Below, in pieces: positions 29,603 to 38,476 of a DNA stretch of 64,000 nt; position 1 is the stretch's first letter; every line of letters begins with the position of its first letter. The notes under the pieces are model-generated. The model made no database searches and was not told where the DNA came from. It saw only the letters and a program-made list of their open reading frames with translations. Origin of the DNA: an uncultured delta proteobacterium (GTDB lineage: Bacteria > Desulfobacterota > Binatia > Binatales > Binataceae); assembly GCA_963815835.1 (NCBI GenBank), contig CAWFIF010000001.1:1571479-1635478 (forward strand). The letters run 5' to 3'. The position numbers and the translations under genes are program-made.

Positions 29603-29980
29603 CTAGTGGCTTATGATGCCATTAATTTCGGAGATGCCGCGCCTGGTACGCGAGTCCAGGACGCTGTGACCGGCGCTTGGAGAGATGCTGATCAATTCGT
29701 CCAGAGTGGATATGGCGACGCTATCCGGAGCAATCAGCGCGAGGAGGTTCTGCGCTACGCGCTTCGCATCTTCATCGACGACCGTGAATTCAACCTTGAG
29801 CCTGGAGAGCAGATCCAAAGTGTATTCATGGCCCCGATAGACCCGTCCGTGTTCCCTAACCGCGATACTCGGGCAACGACGCACTTCAGAGACATCGTAT
29901 TCGAAAATTCCCAGGTGCGCCGCCGACTCTCGGAACGTCTCCAAGGCCGAAGTCTTCATTACTACTTCCACCTTTTTCAT
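29603..29980 (-). CDS. P-II (GlnB) family-like small regulatory protein
   Basis: MKKVEVVMK..GIFEYDVSEV..GRVYRGHEYTLDLLSRLKVEFTVVDEDAKRV.. aligns with the P-II ferredoxin-like fold (MKKIEAIIKP..GMTVTEV..YRGAEY.VDFLPKVKIEIVV). It lacks the C-terminal GDGKIF motif. Confidence 0.5.
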   Translation of the reverse strand: MKKVEVVMKTSALETFRESAAHLGIFEYDVSEVRRCPSIAVREHGRVYRGHEYTLDLLSRLKVEFTVVDEDAKRVAQNLLALIAPDSVAISTLDELISISPSAGHSVLDSRTRRGISEINGIISH

Positions 29981-30417
29981 TTGGTAACTCCTGGATTTCC
30001 TTCTGACGCGAGCGTACGAGGCTAGTATGCTGATTGGTACAGAGCAGGAGTCGTGCCGCGGAAAAATCTAGAAGATTACTGCATTTGTCCCGCCCTCGCT
30101 TGGAGGGGTTGCGCATTGAAGCAATCCACATTGCAGTTTGAAAGGACCGAACCTAACGCGGTTCCCTGTAATCGCAGCGATTCATCTGGTGATTCAGCGA
30201 TTTGCCGCTCGTCGCATGGCTTCTGACATGTATCGCGAGGCCAAGCCAACATTCATTAAACACGTGGTGCGTGAATTGCTTTAGACATGCAACTGTTCGC
30301 TTGCGCCGATTTCGCGCGATGACGTGGCACCCGAGTGGGTTTTTGATTTGCGATAATGTGGAGGGCGGTTCAGCATAGTTATGACCCGACGATGACAATC
30401 CACCCCGAGGTTGAGCA

Positions 30418-31728
30418 ATGAGTGACAATGGAGCAGGGCGGCATACGCTTGCAATTCTGGTTGGTGGCGGACCGGCGCCCGGAATCAATGGTGTAATCGC
30501 TTCCGCGACTATCGAGGCAGCTAATCGCGGTCTCCGGGTGCTCGGGCTGCTGGACGGTTATCGATGGTTGGTGAATGGCGATAGTTCACATGTCGTCGAG
30601 CTTGGCATCCGCGATGTCAGCCGCATCCAAAACACCGGCGGCTCCATCCTCAGGACCTCGCGCACCAACCCCGCGAGCAAACCGGAGATGCTCGACCGTA
30701 CTGTCGAGACGCTGGTCAAACTCGGAGTGCGCTATCTAGTCTGTATCGGCGGCGATGACACCACCTACGGCGCCGCAAAACTCGCCGAGCATGCCCGGGG
30801 GCGCATCGGAGTGGCGACGGTGCCCAAGACTATCGACAATGATCTCCCGCTTCCGGAAAATGCGCCGACCTTCGGGTTCGAGAGTGCGCGCGCGGCGGGA
30901 ACCGCGACCATCGAGCCCCTGATGGAGGACGCCCGCACCACGGGGCGTTGGTACTTCGCAATCACGATGGGCCGGCGCTCGGGCGCGTTGGCGCTGGGGA
31001 TGTGCAAATCGGCAGGCGCCACGCTGGCATTAATTCCGGAGGAATTTCGTACCGAAAAGCTCGACCTGCAAATGGTGGCGGACACTCTGGTCGGCGCGAT
31101 AATCAAGCGGCGAGCTTCGGGGCGCGACAACGGTGTGGCGATCATCGCGGAGGGAATCGGCGAGCGGCTCGATCCGGATAAGATACCGAGCGTGAAGGAA
31201 CTCGAACGTGACGCATACGGACAGGTGCACCTGTCGGACCTGCCACTTGGAGCGATACTGCGTCATCAAGTGCGCGCCTCGCTCGAGGAACTCGGACTCG
31301 AAACCACGATCGTTACCAAGGACATCGGCTACGAACTGCGATGTGCCAAGCCCATCCCGTTTGATATCGAGTACACCCGCACGCTCGGCTACGGCGCCGT
31401 GCGCTACCTTCTCAAGGGCGGGTCTGGGGCGTTGATCGCGATCACCGGCGGGAGGATCACGCCGGTGGCGCTCGAACAGTTGCAGGACAAACAGACCGGC
31501 CGGATCCGGGTGCGCACCGTCGATGTCGCGACCGAATCGTACCAGGTTGCACGCTCCTACATGATTCGTCTCGAAGCCTCCGACCTGGGTGGCGAGTCAC
31601 TCACGCGGCTCGCGGCGTTGACCAAGCTGACGCCGCAGGCATTTCTCGATCGCTTCGGCCCGGTGGTGCGCTCGACCGTATCGGTTCCGCTCCACGAGCC
31701 CGCGCCGCTCGACGACGATCTCATATGA
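30418..31728 (+). CDS. pfp: 6-phosphofructokinase, probably pyrophosphate-dependent (PPi-PFK)
   Basis: ..LVGGGPAPGINGVI.., ..CIGGDDTTYGA.. (GGDD rather than GGDG) and ..PKTIDNDL.. (Lys) are signatures that distinguish PPi- from ATP-dependent PFKs. Confidence 0.7.
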   Translation: MSDNGAGRHTLAILVGGGPAPGINGVIASATIEAANRGLRVLGLLDGYRWLVNGDSSHVVELGIRDVSRIQNTGGSILRTSRTNPASKPEMLDRTVETLVKLGVRYLVCIGGDDTTYGAAKLAEHARGRIGVATVPKTIDNDLPLPENAPTFGFESARAAGTATIEPLMEDARTTGRWYFAITMGRRSGALALGMCKSAGATLALIPEEFRTEKLDLQMVADTLVGAIIKRRASGRDNGVAIIAEGIGERLDPDKIPSVKELERDAYGQVHLSDLPLGAILRHQVRASLEELGLETTIVTKDIGYELRCAKPIPFDIEYTRTLGYGAVRYLLKGGSGALIAITGGRITPVALEQLQDKQTGRIRVRTVDVATESYQVARSYMIRLEASDLGGESLTRLAALTKLTPQAFLDRFGPVVRSTVSVPLHEPAPLDDDLI

Positions 31729-31937
31729 CGCGCCACTTCGTCGCCCACCGTTGATGATCTTTGCTGAGGCATCCCACGATGGGCGCGCGTTCTCGATGCG
31801 AATTTAAAGATCGATTTGGTGCCGCACGCGACATCACGAACCGCCTACCAGAAAACTAGGGTTCATCGATCGTGAGGTCTCGCGCGGAGCCTAACTTCGA
31901 TCCGGCTCGGTGTTCGACTCAAATCGCCGCCTGTCCA

Positions 31938-32810
31938 CTAGAGGAACCGCAGGAGGCGAGGTAGCCAAATGGAGGGGGAGGACGGCAACCAGACCAGAGG
32001 GAGATCTGACGCGAAGTGGACCAGCGTGCAAGCGGGAAGGTTGCGCCGCCACACGTACAGGGTCGCATAGACGGTTGCGACGGCAGTAACCACGAAGACA
32101 TAGCCAAATCCCCCGCCGGTAGCATGAGCGAGTCCGAACAGAACGCACGACAGAATCGCGGCTATCCACGTGCCGCCGGTCAGTTCCTCAACGCGTTCGA
32201 TGAAATAGCCGCGAAACGTGATCTCCTCGCAGATCACCCCGCTCAGCATCCAGAGTCGCGCTATCCACGGTAGCGCGAATAGGGCGGCGCCAAACTTCGG
32301 ATTAGGGATGGAGCCGAGCTGGTTCCCAACAAATCCGATCAGATGGAACACGACACAAGCACCGAGCGCGGCGAGAAGATCTCCGACCCCGGGCATTCGC
32401 CATCCAATAGATGTCAGCGGACGCTTCTCCCACAAGATCACGATGAGAACCAGCGCGATGCCTATGGTCTAGGTGACGCCGCTCCCGATGCTCATTTTGC
32501 GTGTCATCTCACCGAGAGATTGGGGGTCAACCCAATAACCGCCACCGGCGAGGCGATGCATGCGGACGCCCATCGAGGTCGGCAGATCGCGAGGCCCCAA
32601 CCACGCATACACCACATTATTGGTGACCAGGCCGACGACGATCGTTAGACCGACGACTGTGGGAAGCCTCGCGCGCCAACTTGCAGGTAAACGGCTTTGT
32701 TCCGGTGACGAACCGGAAAGAGGAGCTTGTTGCATTGCCCCTGAGCTTCTACACATCCCGCTCCAGCGCAATCTGTCTTGTTGGCTAAGTAGTGCTCCAA
32801 CAATGCACAT
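31938..32810 (-). pseudogene. CPBP-family (CAAX/Abi) intramembrane metalloprotease interrupted by an in-frame TAG at 32469-32471
   Basis: ORFs 32469..32810 and 31938..32441 are in the same frame: ..MSIGSGVT-TAG-TIGIALVLIVILWEKRPLTSIGW... The downstream part carries the catalytic EEITFRGY and FGLAH motifs. Confidence 0.6.
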
Positions 32811-32829
32811 TCCAGCAGGGTCTCGATTC

Positions 32830-33138
32830 TCAGCCCAGCGCTTTCTGCGCGATGCCGGCGCCGCGGCGGCCCAGCATCCGGCGGATGCTCGATACCATCA
32901 CTGCCGTCGACGCCCAGAATGTATCGATCGATGCGTCGCGAAATTTTCCCTGACGTAGCTCGATGTGCGCGCGGCCGAGATGACCTCGCGCATGACATCG
33001 CACGTTGTCATCGCCGAGGTTGTGCGCCTGCGTGTAAAGCGAGAATGCATCGTCGAGGCGGCCCGCTGTCATCGCTGCGCGCGCATCGCGTAGACGCGCG
33101 CGGCTCTCCGACCAGCGCTGCTGTTGTTCGGATTCCAT
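32830..33138 (-). CDS. Small hypothetical protein (DUF3703-like)
   Basis: 102 aa. ..GRLDDAFSLYTQAHNLGDDNVRCHARGHLGRAHIELRQG.. resembles the DUF3703 pattern. Co-directional with the CPBP gene. Confidence 0.3.
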   Translation of the reverse strand: MESEQQQRWSESRARLRDARAAMTAGRLDDAFSLYTQAHNLGDDNVRCHARGHLGRAHIELRQGKFRDASIDTFWASTAVMVSSIRRMLGRRGAGIAQKALG

Positions 33139-33253
33139 CGCCGCTAGCCTAGAACATTTGCTTCGCTACAAAAAGAAGCGGGCCCGCGTGAGCAGGCCCG
33201 CCTCGCTTCTTCAGGTGGTCTGGTCGAAACCACCTGTGGGTGGGAAGCCGATA

Positions 33254-34735
33254 CTAGAAGGCGTAGATCAGTACGCCTTGCAGGGTGTCCTGCCCCTTCC
33301 ACTCGTGCTGAACGTCGTTGACTGGATTGACGAACTCATTGTTGAAGAAAACATGGTGATTGGACTGGTCGTGGCGGTATTCTGCGCGGACCAGGAATCC
33401 AGTCACGTCGGGTACTTTGTAGGTGAGCGTCTGAGTGATATCCCAGAGCGTCTGGTGAACCCCGCTACGCGCGCCGTCTTCATCGTCGAACATTTCGCCG
33501 CGGGTCGCGGATTCCCATGCGTTCCAATCGTAGACGATATACTGCGCTACACCCTGCCAGGTCGCACCATGCCCATTTTGAAATTTGCCCGTCTCGCTTC
33601 CGTACAGATACTCGGTGGCGAAAGTCGTATTGGGCAGGAAGGCCGGCTTGATGGTGACGATCGGATCCACCGCTCCGCGATACGAATTGGAATGTCCAAG
33701 CTGGTTAGGCCCGTAAATTCCATTGAGCACAAGGGCCACCGACTTGTCTTTGTTATTCAGGGTTAACTCGGTTTCGTAGTTGGGACCCCCATTGTTAAAG
33801 TTCCCAGGATTGTCCCATCCGTTGTTGAGCCCGCCGGTCGCCGCGAAGTAGTCGTTAAAGGTGTACGAGGCCCTTACTCCAGTCTGGGTAAAGGGACTAC
33901 CCAGGCCGAAGATATAGTCGCGTGATTCGTTGTAATTCTGGTTGGTATAGGTGGGAATCACTTCCTGATCCAGAAGTGTCACAAACCTGCCTGCCTGTAA
34001 GCTGATCCCCGAACCCACCGGAAGCGTGTAAGTCAGATAGTACTGAGTTGGATCGATCCAACGGCCCGAGAATCCATCCGGCGGCGAATTGGAGAAATGC
34101 GTACTGGCGTTAAGCGTTTCCGCAACCTGGCCGACATTGATGTCGGTTACGAATCCAACCGTGCCGTCCTTTTCGATGTGCAGATTTCCCTGGTTGAGCT
34201 GGAAGCCGTCGTTGTTATCGAAAGTACGGAGGTTGTTGGTTTCGTGGATCGGCTGGTTGAAGTTGTGGTCGTAGCCCGCATCGACCAGGCCATGGATGCT
34301 CACGCCGAGGTTGGTCGAGAGATCCTTTTTGGTCTGCGCGAGGTCGCCCTCAACCACCGCGACATGCTGGCCAATCGTGGCCGGACTCGGAGCGGCCGCG
34401 GGCGAAGGAGCATTCGCGGGCGCGGCCGGTGCCGCCACGGCCAACTGCGTCTTCATGTCCTTGATCTGCGACACCAGCTCAGCCTGCTGCTTTTGCATTT
34501 CCTCCAATTGCCTGCTGAGCGCGTCGATCTTCTTCTGCTGTTCAGACTCCGCGGTCGTCGTAGTTGTGGTGGTCGTTGTGGTGGTTGTTTTGCTGCTCCT
34601 CTTCTTATGATGGTGCGTCGGCGTCGGCGGCGCCTCCTGCGCCCATGCTCCTCGCAGCCCAGGCGCAAGCGCCGTGCCGACCGCGATCAGCGTCACGACG
34701 GCAAGCCGTGTCGTCCTCCCAGTTGACGTGGTCAT
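33254..34735 (-). CDS. Outer-membrane porin-like beta-barrel protein with N-terminal coiled coil and a 12-Thr tract
   Basis: Signal peptide MTTSTGRTTRLAVVTLIAVGTALAPGLRGAWA, then KKRSSKTTTTTTTTTTTTAESEQQ, then the coiled coil IDALSRQLEEMQKQQAELVSQIKDMKTQL, then a long beta-rich region ending ..GVLIYAF (terminal Phe). Confidence 0.5.
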   Translation of the reverse strand: MTTSTGRTTRLAVVTLIAVGTALAPGLRGAWAQEAPPTPTHHHKKRSSKTTTTTTTTTTTTAESEQQKKIDALSRQLEEMQKQQAELVSQIKDMKTQLAVAAPAAPANAPSPAAAPSPATIGQHVAVVEGDLAQTKKDLSTNLGVSIHGLVDAGYDHNFNQPIHETNNLRTFDNNDGFQLNQGNLHIEKDGTVGFVTDINVGQVAETLNASTHFSNSPPDGFSGRWIDPTQYYLTYTLPVGSGISLQAGRFVTLLDQEVIPTYTNQNYNESRDYIFGLGSPFTQTGVRASYTFNDYFAATGGLNNGWDNPGNFNNGGPNYETELTLNNKDKSVALVLNGIYGPNQLGHSNSYRGAVDPIVTIKPAFLPNTTFATEYLYGSETGKFQNGHGATWQGVAQYIVYDWNAWESATRGEMFDDEDGARSGVHQTLWDITQTLTYKVPDVTGFLVRAEYRHDQSNHHVFFNNEFVNPVNDVQHEWKGQDTLQGVLIYAF

Positions 34736-35022
34736 TCTCACTCTCGTGTCTCCTCCCATGCGGCGATGGCCGCGTTGTCGTGCACCCACACACGTAGGGC
34801 GTGCTCGTTGCTAGAGCCGGAGCGCTTGTGTTCAAGATTCATACCGCGCTGTAATCAGGTCTCGTCGTGCAAATATGTGCTGACTATTGATGAATCGAAA
34901 AGCCAACTAATCGGGCTGACGCCCGCAAAGCATGCATGTGCCAAGCAATTATGCAGGGCTGGGAATCGTGCATTTTGCAGCGTTACACATCCAGATTGAT
35001 ATGCGAGGGAGGCAGGAAACGG

Positions 35023-36189
35023 ATGGATTTTGAACTGACCGCGGCCCAGCAGGAAATCGGGCGCCAGGTGCGCGCGCTATGCGAGAAATTCGACGATGAG
35101 TATTGGCGCGAGCGCGACAGCAAGGCGGAGTTTCCGCACGACTTTTACGCCGCGGTGGCGAAGGCCGGATACCTCGGCGTCGCGATTCCGGAAGCCTACG
35201 GCGGCAGCGGGCTCGGCATCACCGAGGCGGCGCTCGTGATGAAGGAAGTCGCGGGCTCGGGTGGCGCGATGGCGGCGGCGAGCGCGATCCATCTTTCGAT
35301 CTTCGGCGTGAGCCCGATCGTTTTTCACGGTACCGAGGAACAGAAGCGGCGCTTCCTGCCGCCGGTGGTGCGCGGCGAAGTGCATGCGGCGTTCGCGGTG
35401 ACCGAACCCGACGCCGGGAACGATATCACGCACATCAAAACCGCGGCGCGACGCGAGGGCGACTACTACGTCATAAACGGGCGCAAGGTTTTCACTACCA
35501 AGGCGCGCGAAGCCAAAAAGATGCTCATCCTCACGCGCACCACTCCGTTCGAGAATGTGAAGAAGAAAACCGACGGCATGAGCCTGTTCTTCGCGGACCT
35601 CGATCCGGCGGCGGTGGAAGTTCGTGAGCTGCACAAGCTGGGGCGCGCGGCGGTCAACACCAACATGCTCTTTATCGACAACCTTAAGGTGCCGGCCTCG
35701 GATCTGATCGGCGGCGAAGGACGCGGATTTCATTCGCTGCTCGACGGGCTCAATCCGGAAAGAATTTTGATCGCGGCGGAAGCTATCGGCATCGGCACGA
35801 TTGCGATCAAAAAGGCGGTGCGCTACGCGAAGGAGCGCATCGTGTTCGGACGGCCGATCGGACAGAACCAGGCCATCGCGCATCCGCTCGCGGACGCCTA
35901 CTCGAAACTCGAGGCGGCGGAACTTATGATGATGAAAGCGGCGTGGCTGTTCGACAATCGCAAGCCATGCGGAGCGGAGGCGAACGTCGCAAAGCTGCGC
36001 GCCGCCGACGCCGCATGGGAGGCATGCGACCGCGCGGTGCAGACCCTCGGCGGTTACGGATATATGCGCGAGTACGACGTCGAGCGATATTTTCGCGAAT
36101 GCCGGCTGTTGAAAATCGCGCCGGTGTCGCAGGAGATGGTCCTCAATTCGATCAGCGAGCACGTGCTGGGGCTGCCGCGCTCGTATTAG
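35023..36189 (+). CDS. Acyl-CoA dehydrogenase
   Basis: MDFELTAAQQEIGRQVRALCEKF.., ..FAVTEPDAGNDITHIKT.., ..GGYGYMREYDVERYFRECRLLKI.. (catalytic Glu region). Confidence 0.85.
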   Translation: MDFELTAAQQEIGRQVRALCEKFDDEYWRERDSKAEFPHDFYAAVAKAGYLGVAIPEAYGGSGLGITEAALVMKEVAGSGGAMAAASAIHLSIFGVSPIVFHGTEEQKRRFLPPVVRGEVHAAFAVTEPDAGNDITHIKTAARREGDYYVINGRKVFTTKAREAKKMLILTRTTPFENVKKKTDGMSLFFADLDPAAVEVRELHKLGRAAVNTNMLFIDNLKVPASDLIGGEGRGFHSLLDGLNPERILIAAEAIGIGTIAIKKAVRYAKERIVFGRPIGQNQAIAHPLADAYSKLEAAELMMMKAAWLFDNRKPCGAEANVAKLRAADAAWEACDRAVQTLGGYGYMREYDVERYFRECRLLKIAPVSQEMVLNSISEHVLGLPRSY

Positions 36190-36210
36190 CCGCAGGTTAA
36201 GGATAGTCAG

Positions 36211-36564
36211 GTGAAAATCGGTCGAATTACGGGCCTGATAGTAGCGCTGGGCTTCGGCGGGTTCGTTATCTACAGTTTGTTACAGACGGAGCCGGTCAAG
36301 GTGCTGCATCCGCGGCTGGAGCATACCATCGACGGGGCGTTCGTCAGCGGGGCGGTGGAGAATACCGGGTCGGCGGAGGAATCGGTAAGCCTCGAGATCC
36401 GGTACTACGACGCGGGCGGGCATCAGATATATTCCGATATCGTGAAACTGGATCAACTAAGCAGCGGTGCAACACGCCCCTTCGCCGCTCCCCATCGCAA
36501 GCTGCCCGACGATGCAAGTTATTCGATTTACCTTAATCATGGCCGGAATCCCTATGGAAACTGA
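36211..36564 (+). CDS. Hypothetical membrane-anchored protein
   Basis: N-terminal TM ITGLIVALGFGGFVIYSLL. 117 aa. No motif. Confidence 0.35.
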   Translation: MKIGRITGLIVALGFGGFVIYSLLQTEPVKVLHPRLEHTIDGAFVSGAVENTGSAEESVSLEIRYYDAGGHQIYSDIVKLDQLSSGATRPFAAPHRKLPDDASYSIYLNHGRNPYGN

Positions 36565-36852
36565 TCGCGCTAGCGGAATATGCATGAATTATTTTAATGT
36601 CAAACATTCCTTCTACTAAAGTAGGTTTGTCGCGGACCCTTCCTAAATCAACCATTTGGATGCTCTCGGATGGTGCCGATATCGCCCCATAGTTGACAGC
36701 CATGAAACAGCCATTACGCCTCTGCGTATTTCAATTGCCTCAATGGTGCATGAATGCTACAAACAGTTAGTAGCGACTTTACATCTATCTGATTGTAGAG
36801 GCGCGGCGGGGGAGCCAGACGGCTCGGGGACCCGCAACAGGAGTTACATTCT

Positions 36853-37281
36853 ATGGCTAAGGCAAAAGATCGCTCGTTCGGACAGGTGATTCGCGACCGC
36901 CGTCGCCAGCTGGACCTGACCCAGGAGGAGGTCGCCCATCGCATCAAGACCTCCACTCCCTATGTCGGCCATCTGGAGTCCGGCAAGCGTCATCCGTCCG
37001 ACAAGATCGTTTCGCGGCTCGCCGAGGTGCTGGGGCTCGACCGCCGCGAGCTGTTCTTCCTCGCCAATCCGCGCGCGCAGGCCCTGCTGACTCCGCGCGA
37101 AGAGGCGATCGATAATTCAGCCTGGGAAGATTTCCGCAAGAACGAGCAGATTCGCCGTCTCCACAACATCAACAATGAGGAGATGGAGGCGCTCTCGCGC
37201 GTCGCTCTGATGGGCGAGGTTCGTTCGCAGCGCGATTTCATCTACATCCTGACCACGATCCGCCAGGCGCTCGGCCGCTAG
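36853..37281 (+). CDS. XRE-family helix-turn-helix transcriptional regulator
   Basis: ..FGQVIRDRRRQLDLTQEEVAHRIKTSTPYVGHLESGKRHPSDKIVSRLAEVLGL.. is a canonical HTH_XRE. It is preceded by an AT-rich leader. Confidence 0.7.
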   Translation: MAKAKDRSFGQVIRDRRRQLDLTQEEVAHRIKTSTPYVGHLESGKRHPSDKIVSRLAEVLGLDRRELFFLANPRAQALLTPREEAIDNSAWEDFRKNEQIRRLHNINNEEMEALSRVALMGEVRSQRDFIYILTTIRQALGR

Positions 37282-37403
37282 CAGACCGCTTCTCTTCAAA
37301 ATCGGCGCGATGATGCGCGCGGAGCACTGCTCCGTGCGCGTCGTGCTTTCTGCCAATGCGCTGGCTTTCGCGCTCGCGCACGGGCTAAGCTTCGCGCTTC
37401 ACC

Positions 37404-37943
37404 ATGCAGCGCGAACTCGTCGATCAAATCGCACGCCCGCTCGCATGGCCGCGCCGATTCACGGTGGTGGCGCTCTTCTTCCTCGCCACCGTGCTCTGCT
37501 ATGTCGATCGGGTCAGCATCTCGGTCGCGATCATTCCGCTCTCGCGCGATCGCGGCTACGACGGCGCCGCGCAGGGAATCGTCCTGTCCGCATTTTTCTG
37601 GGGCGATCTATGGCCACAACTGCTGGGCGGATGGATGTCCGACCGCTTCGGCGGACGGCGCGTGCTCGCGGCCGGCGTCGCGGTATGGTCGATAGCGACG
37701 TTGCTCACGCCGCCGGCCTCGGTGGCTTTCAGCCTGCTGATCGCGATGCGCGTTCTGCTCGGCCTCGGCGAGGGCGTCAACTTCCCGGCAATTCACAGCA
37801 TCACCGCGCGATGGACGCTGGCCGAGGAGCGCTTGCCTTGCGGCAACCTGCTCGAATTGGAGCGCGCCCTCAGCAGGTCGGTGGCGACATGGGTCGAAGC
37901 GGTCTTTGAGGGCTTTGCTCGATGCCGCTCAGACGGTTGCTAG
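37404..37943 (+). pseudogene. Truncated N-terminal fragment (about 4 TM) of an MFS transporter (anion:cation-symporter-like)
   Basis: ..LFFLATVLCYVDRVSISVAI..GIVLSAFFWGDLWPQLLGGWMSDRFGGRRVL..LLGLGEGVNFPAIHSITARW.. is an MFS N-domain. It then diverges into non-membrane sequence and stops. A full MFS transporter would be about 430 aa. Confidence 0.55.
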
Positions 37944-37980
37944 AAATGAAACTCGACGTGTTCGGTGATTGAGCGCGCTG

Positions 37981-38421
37981 GATCGGTCCACGTAGTGTCG
38001 GCTTAGCCATCGATCTCTTTTTCCGCTCGCTCGCGGTGTCGCGCGCGGCGACGGCTTCGCGGTCGTACTCTCGGGCAGTGGCTCGGACGGAGCGCTCGGT
38101 TCGCGGGCGGTCAAGGAAGCGGGCGGGCTGGTGCTGGTGCAGGATCCCCACGAGGCAGCGCATGGCGACATGCCGCGCGCGGTAATTGAGACTGGCTTGG
38201 CCGACGTAGTCCCACCGGTCAGGAAGTTGGTCGAGCGTCTCGCCGAGTTGGCGCGCAAAAAGGAGCGCTTTAGCGGCCTGGTGCGCGCAGACAAGGAATC
38301 GAATCCGATAGGACTTGATGAGGAGGTGGCGCTTCGCGCCATCTTCGATCTGCTATTTGCGGCCTCGGGCCACGACTTCTCCTTCAGAAGAAGTTCTAGC
38401 AGCGCGGTCGTGCGTGCTTAG
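37981..38421 (+). pseudogene. Degraded fragment of a chemotaxis methylesterase (CheB-type, possibly a CheB/CheR fusion)
   Basis: ..GDGFAVVLSGSGSDGALGSRAVKEAGGLVLVQDPHEAAHGDMPRAVIETGLADVVPP.. matches the CheB methylesterase C-terminal core. A preceding ..IDLFFRSLA.. is in another frame. There is no N-terminal receiver or catalytic Ser/His region. Confidence 0.5.
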
Positions 38422-38476
38422 CGGGCAGCTTCGCGGCGCCTGACCCGCGATCATCATTGCGACGCACGGTAGATCA

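Noticed and set aside
29980-30417. Possible small RNA in the 440-bp region upstream of the PFK gene (short hairpins such as GAACC-N6-GGTTC)
   Set aside because: Only weak, short stems and no conserved-looking structure or repeats were seen. There is insufficient evidence to call a feature.
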